DNA of 64,000 nt from Dicyema japonicum (Eukaryota; Animalia; Dicyemida). Where the stretch lies: positions 189,891 through 253,890 of the forward strand of contig RDEW01000037.1 in the NCBI GenBank assembly GCA_011109175.1. The letters run 5' to 3'. Both the position numbers and the translations under genes were made by a program. How positions within the stretch are numbered: position 1 is the first letter of the stretch; every line of letters begins with the position of its first letter. Of the stretch, positions 48,459-62,059 are shown piece after piece. The notes under the pieces were generated by a model. The model saw only the letters and a list, made by a program, of their open reading frames with translations, was not told the DNA's origin and ran no database searches.

Positions 48459-49420
48459 TCAATAATTAAGTGAGCTGTATCCTCTCTCAATAAAATATGA
48501 AGTTAGAATGTACAAGAATATCCGAGAGATCGAATTACACAATTTTGGAAACTGTTCTTTAATCTTCGAATTCTGCCAAAACTGGTAAATTGAGAAATTC
48601 TGAAAGTTAATTTCATAAGATTTATTATTTTTGAAGTTTATTAATTCCTCTATTAATTCGGAATCAGAGTTTAAAATTTTGGATTTGAATGGATCAATCA
48701 TCCACTGAGGAATATTAAAATTAAGCAAATCCAGAAAACGAAAAATAAGTTGTTTTGTATGATGATTAGGGCGATTTTTGTCAATAAAACCTCAATGTCT
48801 AATTTGCATGGAAGTAATGCTATGGTTCCTAGCAAACTAAAGAGACATTTTACTTCCAAGCATCCGGACTATTCCGAAAAATCTGTGGATTGTTTTATCC
48901 ATTTGAAAAAACAACACAAGTATTATTTAGTTTTTACTATGAATCGTAGACCTAGTCAAATAATGTTCAGTGAAACTTTTGTAAACACAAAGGAATCATT
49001 GAAATTTTCATACCTGATCTCAGAATTGATAGGAAAACAACTAAAACATCACACTATTGGCGAAAACTTGATAATCCCTGCTTGTCGTATTATTGCCCGG
49101 ACTATGTTTGGTCATAAATATGAACAAAAAATAATAAAGATACCTTTGTCAGATAACACTATTTCTCGTCGGATTTGTGCTTTGTCGGAGAATATTGAAA
49201 ATATATTGTCAACCATTCGACCTGATATTGATGATATATGCAAAAACAATAATAATTAAGATTTCATTTTTTTATTAATAAAAAATTGGGCATTAAATTA
49301 CCAATTTTTGTACTTAGTTTTACACATTTTAAAAATTTAATTTTTTATTTTTTAATGTGTGCCGTGGATTATTTTTTTACGTTTAGTGTGCCGCGAGAAT
49401 TATTTTTTGAAAAGCTCTGA
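48459..49420. mobile_element. hAT (Buster/ZBED5-like) transposase remnants, rearranged
   Basis: + strand PSKLKRHFTSKH..HTIGENLIIPAC..PLSDNTISRRI; - strand WMIDPF..FWQ..FPKL..TSYFIERGYS; Buster-like end gtgtgccgcgag near 49386. Confidence 0.75.
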
Positions 49421-50409
49421 GTTATAAAGTCAAAAAAGTCAAAATTTAATTTTTAGGTCAATAAAGGCAAAAATTTTTATTGATTTTTATTAATTTTTTC
49501 AGTTTTTGAATAAAACACTAATGTGTCGTCAACTGCTATGCCTCTTTCAATTAGGAAGGTCATTGAAAATGTTAAGACTGTTATTAGAATTTTCTATAAA
49601 CTCACGAATTTTCTAAAAAACAGTTTTTTGTTGAATTTTTCATCAATGAAACATTTCAAACTAACAGGTCTATCATTTTATAACTATTTCACAGCTGTTA
49701 GTGTAAAAATATCTGATTTTCTCATTCCATTTACTCTAGGCTCAATGAGGTCACGCTTACTCGAATATGATTTTCCTTGATAAGTTGAACATTAAAGTTT
49801 ACAAAACTTATTTGAGATATAGGATATCGTTTTACTTCCTTCTATCCATAGTGTAGAAAATTAACAGGTATCTACCAATAATAATTCTGGTCAGAATGGG
49901 GAGTTGTCTTTAAGTTGTTGAACATTATTGTACATTTTCATTGAAGTAAAAAATAACTATAAATTTTTTATAAAAATATAATTTTAATTAAAAGACGCTT
50001 GGAAGTATTTATTAAAATAAAATACGGAGCAATTTATTTGCTATATTATGTAATATTGGTTTATAAATTTATAAGCATGACAAGAAAAACTTACTTCACC
50101 ATAGAAGACGCAGTTAGAATTTTCAAAAATTGTATTTTAGTAACGATTTATGCGGAATAAAAAAGTATCTGGAGTCTATGTTGTCTGTTAATAAGTTTTT
50201 TTCTATTACAAAAATGGAAAAACAACATACTTCTCAATGCATGTACGACTATTTAAAAAAATCTCCTTCCACATCATTATTATTCAGTAAAGATTTTTAT
50301 TATTGTAAAATTATTATCTAAATACCGAAATTTTCAACAAGAAAACGTTTTGAATTACTTCTATATTTTAATAAAGTTTTCGATTAGTTTTTTTTCATAT
50401 TAAAAAATT

Positions 50410-51360
50410 TTTTTTTCTAAATAAATTTGTCATAAAATCAAAAATGGTCAAAATTTGGAAATTTTAAAGTCAATAAGGTCAAAATAACTAGGACAACAGA
50501 GTGGCGAAGGCGTTACTTCTGATAATCGCCATTTCGAGCCTCTGTCTCAACCAGAGCCGCTCCCGTGGCTCACACTTTTTTGAGGCGAGTTTGCTTCCAA
50601 TGCTGGAGATAAAGGGGTCCGTCTTCGCTTTCTCGGTTACGGTTGTCTCCACAGCAATGGAGGTGAAATGGTATTGGTCTCCGAGGGATTCGTATTCACG
50701 GATCTTCTTGGCTTCCGCCTGGTCAACTGCGTCTCCAGGAGAGTACGTTGTCGTCAGCGATCTGGCCCCTGAGAAGGTGTCCATACACGTTGCGTCCCAG
50801 ACGAGTGATTTTCCGTGGTGGTATGGGAATAACGTCATGCCATCCGGTCTTTTCCCATCGCCTCTGTCTAAGCCCAAAGGTTCCAATTGGGCCGGAAATT
50901 CCGCGGCCTTGAGGGCTCAAAAATTGATGTCATTGAGAACTGCGTGACGCGGAACTCGACCAGCACTTCGTCGGCAAGAGAGTGAATTTAAGCTCCCGCC
51001 GCAACGGCATTTGTGTCTCTGGCATATGTCCAGTCCTAGGCGCAGTGCTACCCCGATCCTCAAGATTTTTTCGTCATGGAGAGTCCCCAGATGTGGACAC
51101 AGTAAGACTTCGAGCCAGACTCCTTTTCCGCGATGTGCGGCCGACTCAATGCTTGCTAGTCGGTGTTGGTTGGCGATTATCTTCGCGGCCTCCAGAGTGC
51201 TCATACATGCAATTGAGTTTCAACTCTTCTGGCAAGCAAAGTTCGACGGGAATTCCAAGCCCAAATCTCTCCACAGCTTGCTAACTCTATCAAGCTTTGA
51301 GTCCAAGGTATGTCCGGTTGCGTTACGTAGGACTGCTTGGACCAAGAGACTGTAGCTCGC
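50410..51360 (-). mobile_element. CRE-like element 3' half, degenerate
   Basis: QSCLPTFH, GVWLEVL..LGTL..RIGVALRLGL, SCRRSAGRVPRH, KRPDGMTLFP, WDATC and QRLEMAIIRSNA. Confidence 0.88.
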
Positions 51361-51403
51361 AAGGGATGAAAAGTAGGCAGGCAAAGTTGCCTCAAGGGGA
51401 ATA

Positions 51404-51607
51404 TTAACCCAATGCCACCATACGATGGATAGCTATTCTAGAGGATGGTGCCTGCCTTCTCCCCTGTAGTATCTTTTCCGTAGCTTTTTGATACAGGGAG
51501 CATCTTAAATGGCTCGCCCTGTGTCCCTCCTCGCCACAGTTCACGCACTTGAGAGACCTGACTTTTGATTGGCAGGCCTTCCGCGAATTTGGACCTCCGT
51601 AATTCAA
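51404..51607 (-). mobile_element. LINE ORF1 (gag-like) Zn-knuckle remnant
   Basis: KCVNCGEEGHRASHLRCSLY. Confidence 0.6.
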
Positions 51608-52384
51608 ACACTTCTCTTTATAAGTGTATCGGGAGCTGGTGTGGCCGAATCTGTTGGTCGCTCTAGGGCCACACCGAACCTAAAGTAACCAATGCGTACT
51701 TTTTTGAGGCAAATCCAAGAACATCATATTATGTAGTATATATCTGGTTACCACAGAAACACGTAAAAAACAATCTGCCCATAGGCTGCAAGCCATTCAT
51801 GTGATATAATTTTTTATTGGTTTTGTTCTTGTGTTCATTAATTAATCGGTTGAAATTATTCGATAACATCAATTTGAGAAAAAGAAGACGAGAAAGAAGA
51901 CTGTATGGATAATTTCGTCCGATAGCATCATTTTGAAGTGGGGGAGGGGAAGAATGAATAAATTTTTTTTTTGTAGAAGAAAAAATAGATTTTTTGTAAT
52001 AACAGAAAAAGACGGAATTCAATGATCTTCCCTTCTTTCAGACGGCATTTCTGAGGAAGAAATTTTTTTTCGGATTATTAAGGGATTTTTTTGCTGTATG
52101 GCAAATCAGAGATGGTGTCACCAGAAAAACTGAATCACAATGCCCCGGAATTTTTGTTTATTTATTAATCCAATTGTTTAAAACCCATAACTGATTAAGT
52201 GACCTGACATGTTTTAACAGTGCCCTCAGCTTGGTACGGGGATTCTCACTTTAGTCCACAAGTACATATTGGAACTGTTAGATAGAACGCGTGGCATCCG
52301 AAGGACCTATCTTCCATTTTCCATTCGAGGGATTCCCAAAGTAAGAAATATGGATGGATGTGATGCTTAGAAAGAATGCGTCTC

Positions 52385-52560
52385 ACTATTATTATTATTA
52401 TAAGCAACTACATAGAATCATATAAACTATAATTCTATTCGTGCCGCGTCTGAACAATCCTCTTAATTAGCCTTTCCCATCCCCTCCTGTCCGATGCCAA
52501 GTGCCGCAGACTACTAAGGTCTTCACCGTCCTTTAGTAGTCTGGTTACTGATCTCAGGTC
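52385..52560 (-). mobile_element. RTE LINE extreme 3' end with (TAA)n tail
   Basis: DLSSLRHLASDRRGWERLIKRI followed by tattattattattataa on the + strand. Confidence 0.65.
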
Positions 52561-52736
52561 ACCANAATGAACTTTAACATTACCTATCATCAAAGAGAGC
52601 TTTTATCTATTTGAATTTCAATATTTTTAAATTTATTGAGCAAAACTAAATACTTTTTAATAATCCTATAATAGGACTGCTCCTCTTTAAAGTTCTTGTC
52701 TAAATATTTCAATTTTCATGGTTTATTTGCTTAATT

Positions 52737-52896
52737 TTTTTTTAAATCAAAAATTTATTAACAATAAAATATTATTTATTAACTATGGGGGAGAGCGGCT
52801 GCTGACATCACGGAGTAAGCGTTTCCGCGAACTACTGCGATACCAATTCTTTGCCTCAGCCAGACCGCTTCCCGCACGTCTTTCTGGCGGTGGGCC
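52737..52896 (-). mobile_element. 160-bp 5'-truncated CRE-like insertion with a 45-bp TSD
   Basis: Encodes DVREAVWLRQRIGIAVVRGNAYSVMS*, then 3' UTR and poly(A). Flanked by identical 45-mers at 52692-52736 and 52897-52941. Confidence 0.88.
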
Positions 52897-53180
52897 GTTC
52901 TTGTCTAAATATTTCAATTTTCATGGTTTATTTGCTTAATTAATAAATTTCTCAGTCTTAAATTCTATAATTTAAGATAAATTTTAATAATAAATTTTAA
53001 TAATTAATATCAATTTCGTGACAAAAAACATGCAATTTTAGGTGTAAATATTGAATTATGTTAGCGACTTTTTTCAATCGTGTTGCTAAGCAAATCAATT
53101 ATATATCATTATACATCACTATTCTCAGATTGTGTCAAATACTCGATGTACTCGGGTTTTATTATTTTTTCAGAGAATAC

Positions 53181-55445
53181 ATGGAATCTTTGGATGATCT
53201 TCACATATATTTATGGCCAAAGTGTCTTTGGAGGATTTACGAAAGAACTGGACTTGCCGAATCCATACCTGGATTGATCTCCCTTGGTTTTATTAGGTAA
53301 ATAATTTAACTAATTTTGTAAAGGACACGAACTAGTTTTACTCTGCAAAAGATCAGGGAGGAAATCACAAATCAATTGGGTCCTGACTTTCCAAAAAAAT
53401 ACTATTTTCTGAGACAAGTTGGTAGGAAAGTTGCTATTGTATTTATGTGAATATATTTGTAGATAAGGCAGAGACAAGAAATTGGGATTTTTGCAAGTGA
53501 TTTTCTTCCACCAAACGCATCGTCTCCTGATTTATTTGTTATAGAAAATGATACAATTGAAATCAACTCCCATTCCAATTCAACGTCTATTAATGTCTTT
53601 TTGAATTTACAAAATTAGGATCCCTTTAATGAGAAGATGAGCATCATAACTGGAGACTTGTCATCTAAACAAGTCGAGAAATCACTATCTATTTCTCACG
53701 ATAAAACTAAAGACGAAGATCAGGGGAAATCCGATATCCAATCATTTAAGAAAACTCAAAAAATGAAGAAAGTTGTCAATTCAAAAAAGCTAAGTTCTGA
53801 ATTAGAAAACCCGTTTAATGAATCTCTGGAAGAAAATGGTGAAACAAAGCTTATAAACGCATCAAAGAAAAAAATAGTTGTAAAAAACAACTACAACAGG
53901 AGAAAATCAAATGATAAAAAAAAGATGCAGAACTTTTACATCCAAACTGATGAGACCGGAACCGATTCCGAAAAGCAGAGAAATAAAGGTGTTTTAAGTT
54001 CCAAGGGATCTTCAGTTGATTCAATTAGTTGTGAATCCAATAACTTTTCGAATGTTCAATTTAATGTAATAAATTTACAGAAACCGAATTTAACAAAGGA
54101 GAGATTTAAAGAAAACTTAGAAGAAGACATGGTATTCTAGACATTCTAACGATATTAGATCTTTCCCCCTTTAGTTACCACTTTTTCCGGAAAACGGGAG
54201 TCAGACAAAAAAGTACTGATATATTAAAATATTAAGAAATCAAGGAAAATGAGAAAACTTGGTTTAATGGTAGGTAATTCTAAGATATCCCTGAAATTAT
54301 TGAGAGTCAGTTGGATACTTTTAACGAACTAAACGATTCTGAATTTTTTCCAAAAAATATCAAAAATTTAGGTGAATCTGATGATTTATTATTTCCGTCC
54401 GAGAGGATCAACTATCCTATAAGGCGAAGGGGAAAAACAAACAAGCATAAGAAAAAAGTAAAAAAATTATCCAAAAACAATTTTAATGATGATAAAGAGT
54501 AAAAAATATTTTTAATGGTTAAAAGTTTAGAAATCTCAGACAATAGGCGTAGAAAGCACTTTAACCCAAACCATAACAGAATTAATTCTTCTGATGACGT
54601 TCGAAATGGACAAAGAAGGTTATCTAAAGAAGATCAACAGCAAAAACACAATCAATTGGAGCAGATTAAACAACTTGAAAAAGAGATGGATAAGGCTCAG
54701 CAGGATCTACTAAATCCATCAGAAATCGTAATTTTAGAGGATTTTAATGTCGACTTTTCTCAAAGCAGGTTGTTCAATTTCTTTAGATTAGTGAGGAAAA
54801 AAAAGTTGATATCACAAAAATTGAGAGAGAAATGACCGTCAAACTAAAGTCCCTTCTAAATGAAGTGCACAAATTGGATAATGAAAGAAATTATCTCATT
54901 CGACAACTTGAAAGCTTGGATAACGAAAACAAATCAAGTTACTAGTTTGTAACTATAAAATAGAAAAAAATGACTGGAAATATAAATATTTTGCTGAGAG
55001 GAAGCTTACAAAGGAACTTCAAGTGGATTCATCCAAAAATGAACAAGTGTTAAATAATATATACAAAAATAAACTTCGATATATTCCTCCAACTCAGCCA
55101 GTTGTGCCCAAGAACACACGAATGAGGCCTGGGAGTAATGTAAGGTCATTTTCTATTGATAGGCAAATTTGCTGATAATGAAAACCAAACTGGAATTGGT
55201 GATTGAAAAACTAAAAAGAGAAGAGGAATCTCTCAAAACTCGATTATTTATAGAGATGAAAGTTTTTCAATTTTTTATTTAAGATTAAAAATCACGAAAA
55301 AGAACGGGCAGGCAAGAATAGAAATATTTTGCGACAATACAGACATGAAGCGACCGATCATAGAAATAGATATGGTAAAATATTGGCTGACAGTTCAAAA
55401 TCACGGAATCAGTCAGATTTTACATTCCCAAAATTGAATAAATAG
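53181..55445 (+). CDS. SPATA1: SPATA1-like protein (spermatogenesis-associated 1)
   Basis: N-terminal LHIYLWPK..SLGFIR..FTLQKIREEI..YYFLRQVGRK..RQEI..FLPPNASSPDLFVI and C-terminal RMRP..LIMKTKLELVIEKLKR..RLFIEMK match the two SPATA1 blocks from memory. Micro-introns present. An upstream start at 53058 is possible. Confidence 0.75.
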
Positions 55446-56058
55446 GGTCTTTGCTCAATAATTATTTATTGCATTACAGAAACAATAAAGTTTGTCAATT
55501 AAACATTAACAAAGCAATCTTCACTTTTATATTTACAATACGTTAACAAAATCAAGTAACCACAAAAATAATTCAGTTTTAATCAATTAGAAATATCATT
55601 ACGACCGTAACATTTCCTAATGATGATCACAACGATAAGTAAAATTGATCCCAGGATAGGAAAAAGTGCCATTTCGATATCTCTTCTAGAGGAGAAAGGA
55701 AACATATATAATTAAAATGGATTAGTTCCTTATTTTTAGACCCACCATGTATAGCATCCCAATTTGTCAATATATTTCACATTTCCTAAAATTACCTAAT
55801 AATTGATTTATAATAAAAATTGAATAAAATTAATTACTTATGAATTAATTAAAATACTTGAACTGTAGCTAAACATAATCATTATTATTTAAAATAATAA
55901 ATTCCTTCAGATAATATGAAATCTTTGAAAACAATTATATAAATTATAAATAATTATATGAATATAAATTAATATCAATCAAAAATTATAATTTCGTAAC
56001 TGGTAAACCACCTTACAAATAAAAAATCGCATTCCCGTTTCGTAATTTTCTTGTGGTG

Positions 56059-59000
56059 ATGTCAAATAATCGAGGTTACAGTGGAGGTGCCTATAGAGGA
56101 AACAATAGAGGTGACGTAATAGTTGATTAACTAATTTAGGTGGTTATAATAGACCTCATAACAATCAGAGGGATAATTATCGTGATGATAGGAACCGTAG
56201 AGATAATCGGGGCGGTGATTACGATGACAGATCCCATAGGAATCAACGGGGAAATTATTACGACGACAGACCATACAGGAATCGTGATAATGACAGACCT
56301 TATGCGGACAATGGAACCCGCTATGATGACCGCAGACGGCCTGATTCTAGACATGGAAACGATAGAACTCAGGAACGAAACTTTGAGAGACGTGGTTATA
56401 ATGAAGGAAGAGGAAGGCGAGATGATAGGACCAACTATCAAGATAGACGCGGAGGTGATAGAGAGAAATGTTCTCAATTCAAAGACACAGTTAAGGAAAG
56501 TGCCACATCAATTTTTACTGAATTGGATTATGGTCCTGAAATTATGATGACTACCGTATTTATTAATGCTGATTTGTTAGAATGAGATTAGATTGGAAAA
56601 TGCTGTTGTTCAGTATTTCACAAAACTAAAAGAGCTTGATGATGCAAAGAAAAAAATCAAAAGATACGAAAGAGCCAACAAGGCTATGATTCTTCCCCCT
56701 TTTGCTTCTGGACCTCATGTTGGAGATTCGGGCTCTACTGTCACTTTAAAATCAAATTTTTTCCAAATAACAGACACTACAAACAGGTGGCGAATTCACG
56801 TGTACAATGTTAAATTTGAAAATCCTGACTATGATAAAAACAATGAAGTTCCTGCAAACGAAAGACATGCAATTCTCAGTAAATATTTCAAATCAGTGTT
56901 TGACAATAATTACATATTTGATGGAAAAGAAACAATATATTCTACTAAAGAAATTAGAGTATTTAATAATTTTATTTGCAGGATAACATTGTCATTAATT
57001 GTGAAAATTCTGGCAAACTATTTGAAGTAACAATGATCTACACAAAATGTTCATCCTCCAATGAACTCCCTGCTCTTCAGGCAATGAATATCCTTATGAA
57101 ACGTGTTTATCATATACTGGAAATGAAACCACTTGGAAGATCTTTTTTCGATACTGCGTCAGATGCTAGAAGAAGAATCACTAAAGAGTTGATAAATTGG
57201 TTTTAACTTTAAGGGTAGACGCTCTAGTGGCCGTGAGAAGTAGTATATCCTACTACGAGGACTCTAGTCTTTTATATTTGTTGGATATTCATTATAAGTT
57301 TGAACAAACTGAAACTGTTAATCGTGTTATAAATCAAATGAGACAAGATCAGGTAGACGAAGAGTTCATGAAAGAGAATTTAATTGGGAGGACTGTAAGG
57401 ACAGAGTAGGTTTATTATTAATATAATAGATATAATAATTTAACATATACCATATGTGATGTTGATTTTAATAAGACCCCACGTTCCACGTTTACTATAA
57501 AGGATAGAGAAATCTCATTTGCTCAATATGTTGAAAGATACGGATGTACAATCACTGATATGAATCAGCCATTGTTGGTGGTTAAGAACAAAAAAAAGGG
57601 TGATGGATACGATGATAAAATTTATCTGATTCCTGGATTATGTAGACTTACAGGTATTATTATTCACCGATTTGTAGGACTCCCTAGACAAATGTTGGAG
57701 AACCTTAATGCCGCAAGAGATGCAGCTAGGTTGACAAAGGCGGTCCCCACTTTAAGAGTGAAAACTCTAGAAAGTTTCAGAAAACGTTTTGACAAAAATG
57801 ATAAAATTAATGACGAATTTAAAAAATTGGGACTTAAAATAGGAACTAACCTGCTTGATGTGAGAGGAAGAGTTCTTGATTCTCCCTCTATAATGTTTAA
57901 TGATTGGCGTGACGATGTATTATTTTATATTATTTAGGTGCCATGTAGACCTAATGAAATGTTTGGGAAATACATTTTTAATAAGAGGATATTAACAAGT
58001 CCAGCTGCCAATGTAGAGATAGTGATATTGTGTCACATTCGTACAGAAAACTTAGCCAAGAATATTTCATCAGAAATATATTACGGTCTTAAAACGATTG
58101 GTGGAATAAGAAATGTAAATATTCAAATGTAAGTGTTTTGTATATTGTAGTCAACCACTACATGATGATTCTGCCCAATCATATTGTAATGAAATACAAA
58201 AAATTGCTAATAATTGTTCACTTATTGTTTGTGTTCTGTCAAATAATGTAGCGAAACGATACAATGCTATAAAAATTCAGTCATCGTTAGTAAATCCAGG
58301 TTCTCTGATTTTTAATATTTAGTTCCAACTCAAGTCATGATAGAAAGAACATTTTTGAATGCAAAAAATTTGAGGACTCTTGTGTTTAAAGTTATTCCCC
58401 AAATTGTTGCTAAATTAGGTGGAGAACCATGGGGATGTAAAATAACACCATCAGTAAGTCATTAGTTGTAGTTTAGCTGAGAAAATCGAGTATGTATGTT
58501 GGCATTGATACGTATCATGATGCACAGAGAAAAGAATTATCAGCTGCAGCCTTTGTGGCCAGTTTGAATGGAAATTGTACTCGAATGTTTAGTAGAGTGA
58601 GTTATCAATTGAGATCACTTGAATTACATGTTAATATGCGTCCAAACGTTGCAGGTTTTTATTATGTTATTGGTAGAGGCGTGTATTCACTGGTATAGAG
58701 CAAACAGTAATAAATTCCCTAAACATCTGTTCTTCTTTAGGGATGGTGTTGGTGATGGGCAGCTTGAAGAGGCTGTTACTCTTGAGATTGAACAGATTAC
58801 TCATGGAATACAGGATGCTAAAGAAATATTATCACTTCCAGCAGATACAATGTTATTTATTATTAATATTTTAGGTGTACTGTTACATTTATTGTTGTTA
58901 AAAAGAGAATATCTGCGAGGTTTTATTTGGATCAGGGTAATGGAGACTATGCGAATCCACTGCCAGGAACAGTAGTTGACACTAGGGTCACAAGAAATGA

Positions 59001-59327
59001 CTGGTTATTTTTATATTCATTTATAGGTTTGATTTTTATTTGATATCTCATATGCCTAAAGAGGGTACTGTTAATCCTGTTCATTATAATGTTATTTATG
59101 ACACACTAAAAGTTAATCCCGACGATATTCAAATGCTTGCATATAGATTATCATGGTTATACTACAACTACACTGTAATCATTATGTTATTATTTTAGGG
59201 ATCTATTAGTATTCCCTCTGTCTGTGGTTATGCTCATAAATTGGCTTATTTATCTGGTCTTAATTTGTCAACTGCACAAGTGTCCTCAAATAGACCTGAA
59301 TTATCCGAACAACTTTTCTATCTTTAG
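56059..59327 (+). CDS. PIWI: Piwi-clade Argonaute
   Basis: Spliced frame with an N domain ([19 protein letters not shown]), PAZ ([22 protein letters not shown]), MID ([20 protein letters not shown]), PIWI ([36 protein letters not shown]) and C-terminal LFYL*. Confidence 0.96.
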
Positions 59328-60049
59328 TTATTAGGATTGCTTCTTTTTTGGTTTGGTTATAGATTTTTTTCTTTCATTACTTTTGTGATAAGTGTCCTTA
59401 ACAACCATTTTTTTTAAATTGGACAAAATGTCAAAAAGAATTGTAAGAAGTGCGTTGGTCAACAAAAGGGGTATTCCATATATATGGTTTACCTAAAGAC
59501 TCTTTTCTATAAATACTGCAAATTATGGTTCTTAGCTTGGGTACGAATTTCCTAATTTAATATTTGCTTTATAAGTTGAATGTTCTCACATTATTAAATT
59601 TACCATTACAGATCTTCAAGTTCCTACATAAATGTATTCAGAAAGCAGCATCTTTTTTGCCGACCACGTAGATTCGGTGCACGTTTTTATGTCCTATTTT
59701 GTTTTTCACATTCCTTTTCAGCAAAAAATATCATTTTATTGTTAATATTTGTTAACCGCAGAATATTTTAATACATATGTATGTTAAATGTTCTGTGGTT
59801 GGAGACGAAATTTTCGAGTTTTCTAACTAGAGGACTCCCTTGTGGTTCCTAACTCGTTACCATCGTGGAAGATGATGTAGGACGGAAAGCTAAATGGAGA
59901 CCATGAAAAAGTGAGTCATAGATGGGACTTGTTAAATTGATAATGATTCTGAAATTATCATAATTATGTAAATGTGATTTAACTAATCTAATTAAATTTT
60001 ATTCCAATACCATCATTAATCCTACAAGAACAGAGTGATCCAGATGCAT

Positions 60050-61450
60050 TTGATCCAAGCTTTCAGGTTGGTTTGATGCTCCTCCCTTCTACACAAGCTT
60101 GTTAGACTCAGGTGGTCTCTTGATCATATTTGGTCAGACCTCTTTAGTTATTCCTTCGGATTAGAATCTCCAAAGTTGTTGGTGTTGTGTTCTTTTATCC
60201 GTAGACAACTTCCTTGTCACGTCATTTTCTGAGCATTATTTCAAAAGATATCTTGTGAGACGCATGCATACGAAATGTATGACTCAATATATTGTGAGTA
60301 AAACGTTTTTGGTAAGGGATGGTTCCCGATTTTCCATAGCTTTTCAGGTTGATTTCCGACGTATCGAAGATTACTCCTAGGATTCTTTGACATCTCTTAA
60401 GTGTTTTCCCTTTCAATTGACTTGTTTGACATTTTCTTGTCCACTGGTTAATTGTCAGAGTACCCCATTGTGAAATAGCCAAGTTTACATAATTTTGGAA
60501 TCGAATTGTGGTTTGTGTGTAGACTTGTAACAATTCTTTCACTGCCCAGATCAGGAGTGTCAGGGGATTTTTCATCGGGTCCATGTTAATCTATGATAAT
60601 GGATACCCTTCGGTCTTGTTCTTTTTATTTTGAATTCCCTGGCTCTTATTTCATTGTTCATCGATTTCAGAAATCTCCTCGCACTTTTGAGACAATTTCT
60701 TTCGACCGCTTTGTCAATGGAGGTGAAGCTGTCCAACTTTCCTAGGAAGATCTCTCTTAATCTTCAACAAAATATCGTTATGGTCCCATTAATATTATAT
60801 ATGACGTAACAATTTATTTTTGTAGAATAGAGAAATAGAGTGTTGTCACACAAGGTGGATTGATCTGCGATCCTGTGAAGTGTTCTCTTGTTTTTGGTAG
60901 GGCTTATTTGTGATTGGCAGTGGACCTGTCTACGACAAGAGTAAATTTCCTCTTGCATTGACTGATTATATTGACAGTCTGCTTGCCTTTCAGATATTTA
61001 CAGATCATGACGTCATTCAAACTCCCCAGGGCTGATAGGTCCACCATTAGTACCTTTTCAGGCATGACTCAGTTCTTTTACTTTTGGTGAATTATCCTCG
61101 TACTTCAGGCCCCTTCAAATTAGTATGAGTTCATCACATTTCCTAGTACGATCAGAAAAGGAGAGAAACTTCATTAGCTGATAGTTTCAATTTTTGAATG
61201 AATACTCAATCTTGAATTTTAAAATAAGTACTCACATAATTTTCTTTTAATCTCGTTCACGTTTAGTTTAATAACACATATCCGATCCTTCGGTTTGAAT
61301 CGGTCAGAAACAATCGTCCGTGAAGTTGAGGCCAGGAATTCGTAGACGAGATGTTCCCTCGATAGAAGAGAGCCAACAATTCTTTTTCGTGCTGATTTAA
61401 GTGCACCCTGAGAAACTCCAGAACGTTCGCTACTGGTGAACCAAATGACA
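60050..61450 (-). mobile_element. Decayed Jockey/I-like LINE fragments (RT and C-terminus)
   Basis: KTLKRCQRILGVIFDTS, QISPTLCDN and a C-terminal remnant at 61263-61451. Many stops. Confidence 0.6.
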
Positions 61451-62059
61451 ACTAACTATTGTGTATTGAAAAAGTATGGAATTATTACGATTCCTGAATC
61501 GATTGACATTCCATTCAGACAAAATACCACTGCTGAAACAGACACATTGTTTATTACAAAAATAATAATGTGAAAGGCCAAGGATTTTTGAGAATTAAAA
61601 AAACTGTTGTGAGTATAAATTTCTCATAGACTCAATCATCTGATTATTTCTGCTTAAAATTTCAAAATTCAGCATATAACAAACTTTTGTATGATTCCAC
61701 ACTGATCTTTGATCCTATACTCCGAAATCGGAGTGCATAAGGGGCCCGATCGGGCCTCTACTACTCTCTTTTGTAATCGACTGTTTCCAAAATTACATAC
61801 CCCATCAGCATGGAAGAGGGTTATTATGGGAATTCCTAAAAAGGAAAGCCAAATGTTCTGGGTTCGTATTTTATGTGGCACAAAATTTAGAAGCATGTCT
61901 ACTTTAAAGAGAAATAAGGAAATTGTTAGTTGAATAATTAATTCAGAAGACTCCTCTCGTTTCGACAACTACGGGTTGTATTTCTAAACTTTCTAACCAA
62001 CTCAATTGACCCACTACTCGTAGTGTCGTCTATATAAACAATTGAAAGATGGGCAACCT

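Noticed and set aside
49500-50350. Coding-like AT-rich stretch on the - strand, and another at about 51730-52200
   Set aside because: Multiple stops and no recognisable motifs, so not supportable without a search.
52518-52556. Hairpin cagactactaa..ttagtagtctg as a terminator or ncRNA
   Set aside because: It lies in RTE C-terminal coding sequence and is not evident in the other RTE ends.
56136-56547. ORFs [11 protein letters not shown].. (+) and MRTFLSITS.. (-)
   Set aside because: Shadow frames of the repetitive Piwi N-terminal exon. The true frame is RDNYRDDR..
2960-59327. Possible stop-codon reassignment to explain the fragmented ORFs
   Set aside because: Micro-intron splicing removes the stops, and TAA, TAG and TGA all serve as terminal codons.
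59428-59760. Possible small spliced gene (MSKRIVRSALVNKR..)
   Set aside because: No consistent splice model or recognisable product could be built.
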